A stretch of DNA of 63,960 bases, filler included, from Candidatus Fermentibacterota bacterium (lineage in GTDB: Bacteria; JAFGKV01): assembly GCA_016928395.1 (NCBI GenBank). It is 5 parts of 5 records of this genome, joined end to end, with 100 filler letters (N's around TTAATTAATTAA, not from the genome) between each part and the next. Parts side by side here need not be neighbours in the genome. Positions count along the whole stretch, not along the records: positions 20,986 to 42,253 come from JAFGKV010000127.1; 4 more parts are not named here. One strand, written 5' to 3'. The position numbers and the translations under genes are program-made. The notes beneath the pieces were generated by a model. It saw only the letters and a program-made list of their open reading frames with translations. It was not told where the DNA came from and did not search any database. Below, in pieces: positions 21,101 through 30,964 of the stretch. Position 1 is the first letter of the stretch; each line of letters begins with the position of its first letter.

Positions 21101-21436
21101 ATGTCACGGATGATCGCGGTATGTGGACTTGTCTGCTCGGAGTGCCCGGCGTACCTCGCAACCAAGGCTGAGGATCATGAAGCCTTGGCCAGAGTCGCCC
21201 AGATGTGGAGCAAGGAGTACAATGCCGAGCTGACGCCCGAGGGTTGCCGATGCGATGGGTGCCAGGAGCTTAAGGGCCGTCATATCGGCCACTGGTCCGA
21301 GTGTCCGATCCAGGCCTGCGGCCATGGGAAGGGTCTCGTAACCTGCGCATCGTGCGCCGACTATGCCTGCGAGAAGATCACCGGATTCTTCGGTATGGTG
21401 CCCGCGGCCAAGGAGACGCTGGACGCGCTGCGCTGA
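21101..21436 (+). CDS. DUF3795-like cysteine-rich small protein
   Basis: IAVCGLVCSECPAY, CDGC, CPIQAC and TCASCADYAC. AAGGAGG RBS. Confidence 0.85.
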   Translation: MSRMIAVCGLVCSECPAYLATKAEDHEALARVAQMWSKEYNAELTPEGCRCDGCQELKGRHIGHWSECPIQACGHGKGLVTCASCADYACEKITGFFGMVPAAKETLDALR

Positions 21437-21559
21437 GTCCGGCGGGAAGGCGTTCCGTTGGGAGGGATCGGCGCCCAATCCTGAGCCCTTCCCGCGGAAC
21501 GGGTATGCCGGCCCGCCCCTAGCGGCAGGCCGGCATGAAGTAACGGTGGGCGCGCCGAG

Positions 21560-22444
21560 CTATGACGTCGCGGGGGGAGCCTTCTGACGATCGCGGAGCA
21601 ACTCGCCGATGCCTGCGATGCTGCCCAGAATGCCGGATGTTTCCATGGGCAAGAAGACCTTGGTCGCCTGCCCATCAGCGACTTTCTGCAGAGCCTCCAG
21701 GTACTTGATAGCGATAAGATCACTGGTCGGATTGCCTTCGTGGATCGCCTTGTACACGGTCTGGATGGCTTCTCCTTCGCCCAAGGCCACGGTTTCCTTC
21801 TGATAGCGATCCGCGTCGGCCACCTTCTTGATCGCCTCCGCCTGTCCTTCGGCCTTCAAAATCGCCGACTGCTTGTGGCCCTCGGCTTCCAGGATCATGG
21901 CGCGGCGTTCCCGCTCGGCCTTCATCTGCCGGTGCATGGACTCGGTGACATCCCGAGGCGGCTCGATGCGCTGCAGCTCAACCCGCGTAACCCTGGTTCC
22001 CCACTTGTCCGTGGCATCATCCAGGATCTGACGCAGCTTGGTGTTAATGAGTTCTCGGGAGGTGAGAGACTCGTCCAGAGCCAGGTCACCGATGAGATTC
22101 CTCAGATTCGTCTGGGCCAGCTTTGTCGCAGCCATGTAGAAGTTGGCCACATTGTAGGTGACCTTGACAGGATCGGTCACCTCGTAGTAGACGACCGCAT
22201 CAACTTCGACCGCCACGTTGTCCTTGGTGATGACCGCCTGCGGCGGCACGTCGACGACCTGCTCCCGCATGTCGACCTTGAGCATCCGTTCCATGAAGGG
22301 GATGATCACCGTCAACCCGCTGTCAACGGTGCGCTGGTACTTGCCCAGGCGCTCGATCAACGCTTTCTGCCAGGGACGAACGGTCTTGACCCCGTTGGAG
22401 GCGAAAATGAAGACGACGATAGCAGCGATGACGAGCAAAATCAT
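21560..22444 (-). CDS. SPFH/stomatin (QmcA-like) membrane protein
   Basis: [29 protein letters not shown] and [10 protein letters not shown]. Confidence 0.93.
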   Translation of the reverse strand: MILLVIAAIVVFIFASNGVKTVRPWQKALIERLGKYQRTVDSGLTVIIPFMERMLKVDMREQVVDVPPQAVITKDNVAVEVDAVVYYEVTDPVKVTYNVANFYMAATKLAQTNLRNLIGDLALDESLTSRELINTKLRQILDDATDKWGTRVTRVELQRIEPPRDVTESMHRQMKAERERRAMILEAEGHKQSAILKAEGQAEAIKKVADADRYQKETVALGEGEAIQTVYKAIHEGNPTSDLIAIKYLEALQKVADGQATKVFLPMETSGILGSIAGIGELLRDRQKAPPATS

Positions 22445-22447
22445 CGA

Positions 22448-22891
22448 TCAACCCTCCTCGTGGTAAGGACGCACGATGGCTCGGGTGCCATCGATTCTGG
22501 ATACGATTACCGCAGTGTCGATTTCAATGGGTTCTCCTGTCTCACTTTCCGCCCGCCACTCCTCCTTTTCCAGCCGAACCCTACCCATGTTCCTCACATT
22601 GTCGATAGTCTCCAGCACAATGCCCTGGCGCCCCTGTAGCCGGCTCGCCCCGACCCCGTCAGGCTGAGGCTTGGAAACCCGCTCCGCGAATCGGCGCGAG
22701 AATGCGACCAGCGCCAGCGACACCGCGATGAAGGCTCCCCACTGCCACGGCGTGCTGAGGCCCAGCACGGCCAGCACGCCAGCCGCAGCAGCGCCGATGC
22801 CGAACCAGAGCAGGAAGAACCCCGCCGTGAAGATCTCGCCGACCGCAAACACCGCGGCAACGACGAACCAAATCCACCACACCATAGCCAT
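22448..22891 (-). CDS. NfeD family protein (short form)
   Basis: Hydrophobic N-terminus EIFTAGFFLLWFGIGA and OB-fold GRVRLEKEEWRA. Adjacent to the SPFH gene as usual. Confidence 0.9.
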   Translation of the reverse strand: MAMVWWIWFVVAAVFAVGEIFTAGFFLLWFGIGAAAAGVLAVLGLSTPWQWGAFIAVSLALVAFSRRFAERVSKPQPDGVGASRLQGRQGIVLETIDNVRNMGRVRLEKEEWRAESETGEPIEIDTAVIVSRIDGTRAIVRPYHEEG

Positions 22892-23162
22892 CGCTCACTC
22901 TCCTTGCAGGGGTTGGTGTGCGGCCCGAGGTGAAAGTGGGTGGCCTGTCCGGTGGAGGCAACACTATCACCACGAGCAGCGCCGATAGCGAGAAGTCAAT
23001 CCATACTACCCCACACAACGGCGGACTATTCCGCGCATGCCCGCCTGAACTCTTCGCCTCCAAAGCCCTGGGCCGAGTCTGAGAATAATCTGAGCGGAGG
23101 CGTGCATTCATTTCTGGGTGACTGGCCGACAAGTGTATGACGCGAGAAGGCGAGGTGGTGCA

Positions 23163-23468
23163 GTGTTCTACCGCTATTTCCTTGGGCCCGGCGATCCAGA
23201 TCCCTTCTCAGATACCACGACAATCCCGTATGGACTCCCCTGGTCCAGCGATGTCATGCTGGAAGTCTGTGATGGAAGGGGACGTCGGATACGGCTCCTG
23301 GTCAATGGAACGCAAGATGCCGGCGAGTACTCCGTCTCGTGGAACGGCGAGGACGACGCGGAACGAGCCGTGGACGACGGCATCTACCGCTCGCGGTTGA
23401 CCGCCCATGACGCCGGTGGCCGTGCGTTCATCCACACGCGAACCATCACTCTCAGACGCCACGCCTGA
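23163..23468 (+). CDS. Stand-alone FlgD-type Ig-like C-terminal domain (possible remnant)
   Basis: PDPFSDTTTIPY...GRRIRLLVNGTQDAGEYSVSWNG...GIY matches the PNPFN/FlgD-Ig pattern. GAGGTG precedes GTG 23163. No signal peptide. Confidence 0.6.
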   Translation: MFYRYFLGPGDPDPFSDTTTIPYGLPWSSDVMLEVCDGRGRRIRLLVNGTQDAGEYSVSWNGEDDAERAVDDGIYRSRLTAHDAGGRAFIHTRTITLRRHA

Positions 23469-23495
23469 GACTAAATCCGCATGTAGTGTGTTGGG

Positions 23496-26400
23496 TCAGC
23501 CTCGGCCCTGTTCATCGGCCAACTCATCAATCAGGCCTTCGGGGCTACGGAGTCCGCCTGCCGCCAGTGCGTCAGAGAGCTCCCGGGCGGAAAGCTCTGC
23601 GTGCAAGATTCTCAGGACACGCTCTGAGTCAGCGGACAACCGCGCAGCCGGCAGGTGCGCCGCCAGGCTTCCCCACAGCTCTGCGGCCCGGCGATGATGT
23701 CCCTGGGCCAGGAGCAGCCGAACCCACGAGCCCAGAACCTGTTGCGCGTGTCGCCTGTCACCGCTCCCCTTCAAGACCGCCAATGCCCTCACGGCAGCAT
23801 CCCTTGCCGCCGGGAGATCACCCTTGGAGACGAGGGCCTCGCACAGACCACGAAGACAGGTGACCATACCCCATCGGTTCTGATCGTGCTCAAAAACCTG
23901 TAGACTCTCCCGGTAGAGAGCGGACGCCCGATCGAATTCGTTCGTGATGCAGAGGGCATCCGCCAGGCACGCCCGCGAGACGGCTGCCTCGTGGTGCGCG
24001 CCCAAGACGGTGCGGATCGCCAGGCTCTCCTCCAGAGCGTGCCGGGCTTCATCTCCATGCCGCAGGTCGATATGCACATTCCCCAGGATGCACAGGCACA
24101 CTGCCATCAGGTCCTGGTGGCCGAGATCCCGAGCGATTTCCAGCGCCTCCCGTGCGCGCTTCAACGCCTCGTCCAGTTCTCCATTGTCCAGGGCTAGATT
24201 GCACAAGCTCGTAATGGCCACCATCTCGGCCCTGCGATTCCCGATGCGACGACTGGTGTCACGACTCTCTTCGAAGTAAGCCCTCGCGCGCGCTAAGTCA
24301 CCCCGGGAGCGGCAGAGGGTGCCGAGAGTATTGAGAGAGCTCATGAGTCCTGCCACGACGCCTTCGTTCCGGTGGAGCCTGAGGCTGTGAACGTAATGGT
24401 CTTCGGCGGCGGCATAGTCTCCGGCCTCCTGCGCCATGATGCCCATGTCGCCCAGTACATAGGCTTCCATGCCCCGGTCACTCGTGCTCTTGCAGAGAGC
24501 CAGCGCCTCGTCCAGCAGGGCCATGGCCTCGGCTCGATCGCCCTGGGAGGTGGCCACCAAGGCTAGATGCCTGAGGGTGAACGCCAGATCACGGTCTGCG
24601 CGGAGGTCAGCCTGAATCCGCCGGCTTTGCTCCAGGAGCGAACGGGTGCCCGCTCGTTCGCCAAGGCGAAACTGGAATGATCCCTGCCATGACATGAGCC
24701 GTGCGCGTAGCCGGGCAAGCCCTTCCGAAGATGGCAGGGCATTCAGCCGACGCGCCGCATCCCCACAGAGGCGGTCTCCCGCGTGGTACCACGCGCGTAA
24801 GGAGATGAGCAAGCAAAGCGGATCTAGAAGCCCTTCCAGGAGTGATGGTTCTCCCGTCCGAACCCCCCATTCCCACGCCGCGGCGATGTTGTCGGACTCC
24901 GCGTCGACCCTAGCCAGGGTCTCGGGATCACCGGCTCGAATGCCCTTCTCTTCCGCGCTGAGGAAGTCCGCGTACCACCCGGCGTGCGCGGCCAAGGTTC
25001 TGGCCGGCTCCGCTTCAAGGCCGGCCAGCTTCTCGCGAAGAAAGCTCCGCAGCAGATTGTGCATCTGATACCTGTGCGGGCCTGCTCTCTGAATGAGGGA
25101 GCGATCGACCATCTGGGCCAGCATGCTGAGATCTAGCCCGGCCACGGCGACCGCGGCGTCTCGTCGAAAGCCGCCGGCAAACACTGAAACGCGTGCCAGA
25201 ACTCGTCGGTGAGCATCATCAAGCAGCCTCCAGGAGCGATCGAACACTGCCCGCATGCTTCTGTGCTGCCGGGACGCATCCCGGGTGGTGGTCGAGAGGA
25301 AGTCAATGTCTCGGCCGATCTCTCCGGCGATGGCCGCGCACGTCAGGGTGCGAACCCAGCTCGCCGCCTGTTCGATGGCCAGGGGCACACCGTCAAGCAT
25401 TCGGCAGATGCGCACCACATCCGGCATGTCGGCTTTCGTCACGTGAGCTCCTGCTCCGAGCCGTCGCACGTGTTCCAGAAAGAGCTGTATTGCGTCGTCG
25501 CCGCCCGCCCCCGGATCGCGCAGATCATCAGAAACACGGAGCCCTTCAAGATGCAGGAGAGCCTCCTCTTCGAGGTTCAGCCTGGTCCGCGAGGTGACCA
25601 GGAATCGGGGCCCGCAGGCATGCGTCAGGAGCCGCGTGAGTACGCAGGCGCCTTCAGTCAGACGATCGAAATCATCCAGGACCAAGAGAAGTCTTTTCTG
25701 GCTGAGAAACGCGGCCAACTGATCCGTCGGATCCTCTTTCCCGTAGAGAGTGACGTCGAGAGCATTGGCGATGGCCAGTGCAACGAAAGCCGGGGAATGA
25801 ACTGTTCCCAAAGGCACAACGAAGGCCCCATCCGCGAAGTCACTCGACAAATCCTGTGCCGCGTGGAAGGCGAGGCGGCTCTTCCCGATTCCGCCAGGAC
25901 CCAGCACTGTCAGCACCCTGCACGGCGTCGCGGCAAGAACCCGGCGAATCTCCGCCATCTCCGCAGTTCTTCCGATGAAGGGAGTCATGGTCCAAGAGGC
26001 CGGAACAGAGGGAGGAGCCGGCGTTCCTGTCGACGCTTTGACTCGCACTCCGTCTACCGGAGAACCATGGCCGGTGGCCGCGCCGAGGAGGGAGGAGATC
26101 GCGGCCCGCACCTCGGGCAGGCTCTGGAGCCTGAGATCCGGATCCGGATCGAGCATACGATAGATGGTGCAGGCGAGATCGTCCGTGATATCCGGCCGGG
26201 CATCGGTCAAAGATCGGATCATCCCGCCTTGTTCGGCGGGATGCGACGCTCCCCATGGCGGCCTTCCAGACAAGAGCTCAAACAGCAGTGCACCTGCCTG
26301 CCACATTGCCGAGTGCATGCCCGGGGGCTGGCCTTCCCGCACCTCCGGGCTCATGTAGTTGGCTCGACCCGCCTCGCATGTCGTCGCTACGATGCGGACC

Positions 26401-26600
26401 TGTGGTTGCTGCAGTTCGCCCTCGACCTGAATGTCATCCGGAGCGAGGCATCGGAGGAAGCTGTCATGCTCCGTCATTGCATCGAGCTGGTCGAGGATCG
26501 CCACCCCAAGCGCGGCAACGTGGGGGAGGGGCAATGGATGGCCTTGAACGAGATGCCGCAAGGTGCGAGGTGTGTCGTTGCCGGGGATTGCCGTGTGCAT
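23496..26600 (-). CDS. Degenerate kinase C-lobe + NB-ARC/STAND ATPase + TPR repeats
   Basis: YMSPE and LFELLSGRPPW kinase remnants, FIGR, GPGGIGKS Walker A, LLVLDDFD Walker B, LVTSR, DGVPLAIE, and a C-terminal TPR array. Confidence 0.85.
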   Translation of the reverse strand: MHTAIPGNDTPRTLRHLVQGHPLPLPHVAALGVAILDQLDAMTEHDSFLRCLAPDDIQVEGELQQPQVRIVATTCEAGRANYMSPEVREGQPPGMHSAMWQAGALLFELLSGRPPWGASHPAEQGGMIRSLTDARPDITDDLACTIYRMLDPDPDLRLQSLPEVRAAISSLLGAATGHGSPVDGVRVKASTGTPAPPSVPASWTMTPFIGRTAEMAEIRRVLAATPCRVLTVLGPGGIGKSRLAFHAAQDLSSDFADGAFVVPLGTVHSPAFVALAIANALDVTLYGKEDPTDQLAAFLSQKRLLLVLDDFDRLTEGACVLTRLLTHACGPRFLVTSRTRLNLEEEALLHLEGLRVSDDLRDPGAGGDDAIQLFLEHVRRLGAGAHVTKADMPDVVRICRMLDGVPLAIEQAASWVRTLTCAAIAGEIGRDIDFLSTTTRDASRQHRSMRAVFDRSWRLLDDAHRRVLARVSVFAGGFRRDAAVAVAGLDLSMLAQMVDRSLIQRAGPHRYQMHNLLRSFLREKLAGLEAEPARTLAAHAGWYADFLSAEEKGIRAGDPETLARVDAESDNIAAAWEWGVRTGEPSLLEGLLDPLCLLISLRAWYHAGDRLCGDAARRLNALPSSEGLARLRARLMSWQGSFQFRLGERAGTRSLLEQSRRIQADLRADRDLAFTLRHLALVATSQGDRAEAMALLDEALALCKSTSDRGMEAYVLGDMGIMAQEAGDYAAAEDHYVHSLRLHRNEGVVAGLMSSLNTLGTLCRSRGDLARARAYFEESRDTSRRIGNRRAEMVAITSLCNLALDNGELDEALKRAREALEIARDLGHQDLMAVCLCILGNVHIDLRHGDEARHALEESLAIRTVLGAHHEAAVSRACLADALCITNEFDRASALYRESLQVFEHDQNRWGMVTCLRGLCEALVSKGDLPAARDAAVRALAVLKGSGDRRHAQQVLGSWVRLLLAQGHHRRAAELWGSLAAHLPAARLSADSERVLRILHAELSARELSDALAAGGLRSPEGLIDELADEQGRG

Positions 26601-26918
26601 GAGATGCCCTCGGTAGTCTGTGGGTCTTCAGCAAAGACTCCACCGTGAAGCTGTCGCATGGGGTCCCTTCGCGCAAGAGCCGCCACGCTGCGTCCCTGCC
26701 GTATTCGATCCGGGCGGCTCGAGGCATGCCGTCTCCTCCCCGGCGCGCGGGTCGGCTTCGCGTCTGGCGTCAATCCTGCCCGCCGACCGCATGTCCCCAT
26801 TTCACTGTTGCAACGGCCCACGTCAGGGGATACGTTCGTGGCATTCAGAATTGTGGGCGAGTACGCCCTTTCTTGGGATGCTCGTCACAGCGACAGCCCC
26901 CCGGAAAGGAGCGCCGCC

Positions 26919-28727
26919 ATGCGAAGGTTGATCGTCCTCCTCTTCCTATCTGTGGCCCTCTCCGCCAGCCTTGCCCAGATCCCCCGCATGATCAGCTACC
27001 AGGGCAAGGTGACCGATGGGTCAGGCAACCCCGTGGCTGACAACACCTACGTCATGAGGTTTCGCATCTACAATGCCTCCAGTGGCGGCACGATGCTGTG
27101 GGACAGTTCGAATCAGAACGTGGCGGTGAATGGAGGGGTCTTCAACGTGTTGCTTGGCGAGAGCCCTCAGCCGGCCTTGGGACTGGCCTTCGACGCGGAC
27201 TACTGGCTTCTGGTGACGTTCGCGGGAGTCGATCAAACGCCCCGACATCGCCTGGCCTCAGTCGGCTATGCCTATATGGCCAGTGGCCTGGTACCGGGGA
27301 CCGTCGTCTCTGGATCGGTTACCACGGGCTCGTCGGCAGCCATTGCCGGGGTGAACACGGCGGCCACGGGCAGCACGTACGGCACGTATGGGCAAGTCAG
27401 TTCCACCGCGGGCACGGGCCTGTATGGGTGGGCAACAGCCACCACAGGGTACCCGCGAGGCGTCGTGGGTGTGAGCAGCTCCCCTACAGGAACGGGAGTG
27501 CTCGGGTACAGCAACGCCACCTCAGGCGCCAACTGCGGTGTCTACGGGTACAGCCCCTCACCCGACGGTCGGGGAGTCTATGGCTACGCCCTGAACTCAG
27601 GTGGACAGAACTTTGGGGTCTACGGAGAAAGCGCCTCTGCTATCGGTCGCGGTGTCTACGGGTATGGGACCGCGACAACCGGCGTAAACTACGGCGTGTA
27701 CGGCCGCACTGATTCGCAGAACGGCTATGGTGTGTTCGCCTCGGCCACAGCAAACACGGGTAGCAACTACGGTGTCTATGCCTTGACCACGTCGATGGCC
27801 GGCACGGCATTATACGGCTGGGCCCAGGCAGCTACCGGCACCATCTACGGTGGCCGGTTCCGAGCGGATGCATCCGCCGGCAGGGGTGTCTTTGGCGAAG
27901 CAACCGCCACGACCGGCACCACCTACGGGGGGTACTTCCAGAGTGCATCAGCATCAGGGCATGGCGTCTACGCGTACGCCTCGGCGGAGACGGGCGATAC
28001 GTATGCCGTTCGCGGGGAGTGCGAGTCAACGGAGGGGGTCGCGGTGCATGGGTCGGCTCTCGCGAACTCTGGCAACACCGTCGGCGTCGAGGGCGTGAGC
28101 TACTCCACCTCAGGCAAGGGGGTCTTCGGCCGCGCCGGTGCCACCACCGGAGTAGTATTCGGAGGACGTTTCGAGGCAAACTCCACCAGCGGTAGAGGAG
28201 TGAATGGGGTGGCCATGGCAACTACGGGCACCAACTACGGGGTCTACGGCTACACGGCATCCACTTCTGGTTACGGAGTCTACTTCTCGGGCGGTCTCGC
28301 CGGTTCCGGCACCAAGAGCTGTGTGGTGAAGACATCCAGGGGACCGAGCCTGATGTACTGTCAAGAGAGCCCCGAAAACTGGTTCGAGGACTTCGGCGAA
28401 GGGCGCCTCGTGAATGGGCGGGCGCACATCGAGCTGGATCCCCTCTTCCTGGAGACGGTGACCATCGATGAGGCGAACCCCATGAAGGTGTTCGTGCAGC
28501 TTCATGATGAGACGTGCAAGGGCGTGGCCGTGAAGAAGGGCCTGACTGGCTTCGATGTGATCGAGCTCTGGGAGGGCACGTCACACGGCGCCTTCGACTA
28601 CCGCGTGGTTGCCAAGCGCAAGGGCTACGAGGAGCGACGGCTCGACTACTGCGCAGCGGCGGAGACCGACTCTCACCTGTTTCCCGAGTTACGGGAGAAG
28701 GAAAACGAGCGCCTCAGCGCGGACTAG
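26919..28727 (+). CDS. Exported Gly/Ser/Thr-rich repeat protein (GVYG repeats) with conserved C-terminal ESPENWFEDFG domain
   Basis: AAGGAG RBS, signal peptide, IPRMISYQGKVTD N-domain and about 12 repeats of 26 aa. Confidence 0.8.
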   Translation: MRRLIVLLFLSVALSASLAQIPRMISYQGKVTDGSGNPVADNTYVMRFRIYNASSGGTMLWDSSNQNVAVNGGVFNVLLGESPQPALGLAFDADYWLLVTFAGVDQTPRHRLASVGYAYMASGLVPGTVVSGSVTTGSSAAIAGVNTAATGSTYGTYGQVSSTAGTGLYGWATATTGYPRGVVGVSSSPTGTGVLGYSNATSGANCGVYGYSPSPDGRGVYGYALNSGGQNFGVYGESASAIGRGVYGYGTATTGVNYGVYGRTDSQNGYGVFASATANTGSNYGVYALTTSMAGTALYGWAQAATGTIYGGRFRADASAGRGVFGEATATTGTTYGGYFQSASASGHGVYAYASAETGDTYAVRGECESTEGVAVHGSALANSGNTVGVEGVSYSTSGKGVFGRAGATTGVVFGGRFEANSTSGRGVNGVAMATTGTNYGVYGYTASTSGYGVYFSGGLAGSGTKSCVVKTSRGPSLMYCQESPENWFEDFGEGRLVNGRAHIELDPLFLETVTIDEANPMKVFVQLHDETCKGVAVKKGLTGFDVIELWEGTSHGAFDYRVVAKRKGYEERRLDYCAAAETDSHLFPELREKENERLSAD

Positions 28728-28741
28728 CCAGACCCAGGCTG

Positions 28742-28771
28742 GGGGACTATTCTAAGATTAGAATAGTCCCC
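28742..28771. repeat. Palindrome family copy 1
   Basis: GGGGACTATTCTAA-GA-TTAGAATAGTCCCC, perfect 14-bp arms. Confidence 0.9.
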
Positions 28772-28871
28772 GCGGAGCAGTCAACGGGTCGGTCAGGACT
28801 CGTGCGGAGTAATGCGGGGTGGGGTTTCGCGCATCTTGGCTGCACGGAGACCATCGCGGCACCGTTGCCTT

Positions 28872-28930
28872 GTAGGGGCGACCGTCTCTGGTCGCCCCGA
28901 GTGCGGGAGGGCAGAGACGCCCTCCCCTAC
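28872..28930. repeat. GTAG-type REP doublet
   Basis: GTAG-GGGCGACC-gtctct-GGTCGCCC ... GGGAGGGC-agagac-GCCCTCCC-CTAC: two inverted GTAG-tagged hairpins. Confidence 0.75.
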
Positions 28931-29041
28931 GGGGATGTCCACCGCACCTCTGCCCTTATTGCGCTTGACTGCGGAGTCGCTGCCGCGCACTATCACGGTC
29001 TTGTTGTGTGCCTGTGGAATCCGCAACACAAGGAGGTTCGA

Positions 29042-29914
29042 ATGCGCGTGCTCATGGCCGTGTGCATGATGGCCCTGGCCTTGCCGGCCATGGCCTGGGA
29101 GAAATCGGCCGATCTCGGCCTGAACTTCAACCAGACTGCCTATAGCAACTCATGGACTGGCGGCGAGTCCGGCGCCATCACGTGGACCTTCACTGGCAAC
29201 CTCGCTGCCCAGAAACAGATGAGCCCCAAGGTCCATTGGGGCAACCAGCTCAAGCTCCAGTTCGGCCAGACTCACAATCAGGCCACTGCGGGTGATGGCT
29301 CAAAAAACTGGGAGTCTCCCCAGAAGTCATCAGACCGGATCTTCCTGGAGAGCATCGCCAAGTTGACCCTGGGCGCCTTTGTGGATCCATACACCGCGTT
29401 CACCTTCGAGAGTCAATTCTACGATGCCAGCGTGCCGCGCGTGCCGCGCTACATCAATCCCATGCTCCTCACGGAGTCTATTGGTGCCGGCAAGACCCTC
29501 ATCAAGAATGAGCACACGGAACTGCTCTCCCGTCTCGGGTTCGCCATCCGTGAGCGGTTCGACCGTGTGGTCATAGACATCGCCACAGAGGAGACCGAGA
29601 TGGAGACCACCACCGACGGCGGTCTCGAATGGGTCAGCGACTTCAGCCACACACTCAGCGACAACGCCAAGTATGTGTCGAAGCTGCGGGTGTTCCAGGC
29701 CGTCTTCAGCAACGCCGCCGATGATCTGGAGGGCTTACCCAACGAGGACTACTGGAAGACCGCCGACATCGCCTGGGAGAATGCGCTCTCGGCAACTGTC
29801 TCCAAGTACCTGCAGTTCTCTCTGTTTGCCGAAGTTCTCTACGACAAGGAACTCGATCTCCGGGGCCGCTTCCGCGAGGTCCTCGGCGTCGGAATCGCCT
29901 ACAAGCTGTTCTAA
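29042..29914 (+). CDS. DUF3078-like outer-membrane beta-barrel protein
   Basis: AAGGAGG RBS, signal peptide, NFNQTAYSNSWTGGE, amphipathic strands and a terminal aromatic motif (GIAYKLF). Confidence 0.8.
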   Translation: MRVLMAVCMMALALPAMAWEKSADLGLNFNQTAYSNSWTGGESGAITWTFTGNLAAQKQMSPKVHWGNQLKLQFGQTHNQATAGDGSKNWESPQKSSDRIFLESIAKLTLGAFVDPYTAFTFESQFYDASVPRVPRYINPMLLTESIGAGKTLIKNEHTELLSRLGFAIRERFDRVVIDIATEETEMETTTDGGLEWVSDFSHTLSDNAKYVSKLRVFQAVFSNAADDLEGLPNEDYWKTADIAWENALSATVSKYLQFSLFAEVLYDKELDLRGRFREVLGVGIAYKLF

Positions 29915-29996
29915 GCGCAAGGCAGCGTGCGCGAGACCGTCGCGGGCTGCCTGCTCGAGGGGTAGCGTGCGGGCTGCCGCGGTCGGAGGCCGATTC

Positions 29997-30953
29997 CTAC
30001 GCGGCGATTTCCTTTATGGCGAGTGCTGCCAAATCCATCTCGCCCACGCCCAACTCACGGGCGATGCGGATATGATGAAAAGGCGTGATGTCGCCCCAGA
30101 AGGCATGGGCGGTGTACGCATCAATGGCCACGGGATCGACGCCGGCGATGACAGTCTGGGCGACCCGCACCTCGCCGGGGCCGCTGGGGCCGTTGGTCAG
30201 GAGCACGTGGTTCGCATCCATGATGATGAGATCCTGCCGCACGGCCGAGTTCAGTTCCGCGATGCACCTATGGAGATCGAGCCTGTGGAATCGCAGGCGG
30301 TCCCAGGTGATGCCCATGAGGTTCTTCATCGACAGTGTCACGCCCGATCCGGCGTGATGCTTGGCGATGGGCATATTGATGAAGACATCGGCATCGAGCA
30401 CATCGGCCGATACCATGTCGGTGCGCAGGAGTACTCCGCGGGGAATCGGTATCTCCCGGTAGAGATCAGCCGTGGTGAGCGCTTTCACCGCGCCGCCAGC
30501 ACGTTCTGCGGCTGCGCCGATCCCGTTGGCGGCGAACAGGCTTGCCTCGTCATGGCTTACGAGCAGCACCTCCCTAGCCCCGGCCTTCATGCATCCGGAG
30601 ACGACCACCTCGACGAGATCCGGATGCGTGTTGATAGCCAGTTCCGGCCTGCCGCGTCCCACGGGATTCGGCTTGATCACCACCCGGCTGCCGGGCTTTA
30701 CGAAGGCGCTGAATCCCCCAAGCGCTTCCACGGCGGCGCGGCAGTTGTCCGCAGGAGACGGGCCTCTGGCGACGGCAAGATCAATGGGGAGGGTCAGGAG
30801 CCTATCCGCGGCGTACGCCAGCCCGGGTGATCCCAGTGCCGCGCCCGCACCCAGGGCGGCGGTCTTCCGGAGGAAGTCTCTGCGGGACAGCCTGCTCATG
30901 GCGTTCAGTAGTGTTCGCGCGGGACGACGGCTTCGTGGATCCTGGTCGTGCAT
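29997..30953 (-). CDS. DUF362 domain protein with Tat signal
   Basis: SRRDFLR twin-arginine motif, VVIKPN, NTHPD, INMPIAKHH, SMKNLMG and DPVAIDA. Confidence 0.9.
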   Translation of the reverse strand: MHDQDPRSRRPARTLLNAMSRLSRRDFLRKTAALGAGAALGSPGLAYAADRLLTLPIDLAVARGPSPADNCRAAVEALGGFSAFVKPGSRVVIKPNPVGRGRPELAINTHPDLVEVVVSGCMKAGAREVLLVSHDEASLFAANGIGAAAERAGGAVKALTTADLYREIPIPRGVLLRTDMVSADVLDADVFINMPIAKHHAGSGVTLSMKNLMGITWDRLRFHRLDLHRCIAELNSAVRQDLIIMDANHVLLTNGPSGPGEVRVAQTVIAGVDPVAIDAYTAHAFWGDITPFHHIRIARELGVGEMDLAALAIKEIAA

Positions 30954-30964
30954 GACCTCACCTC

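Noticed and set aside
23023-23090. GACTATTC ... GAGAATAATC as a split copy of the palindrome family; other half-sites at 49065, 58492 and 2231
   Set aside because: Only short imperfect half matches, two of them inside coding sequence, so compatible with chance.
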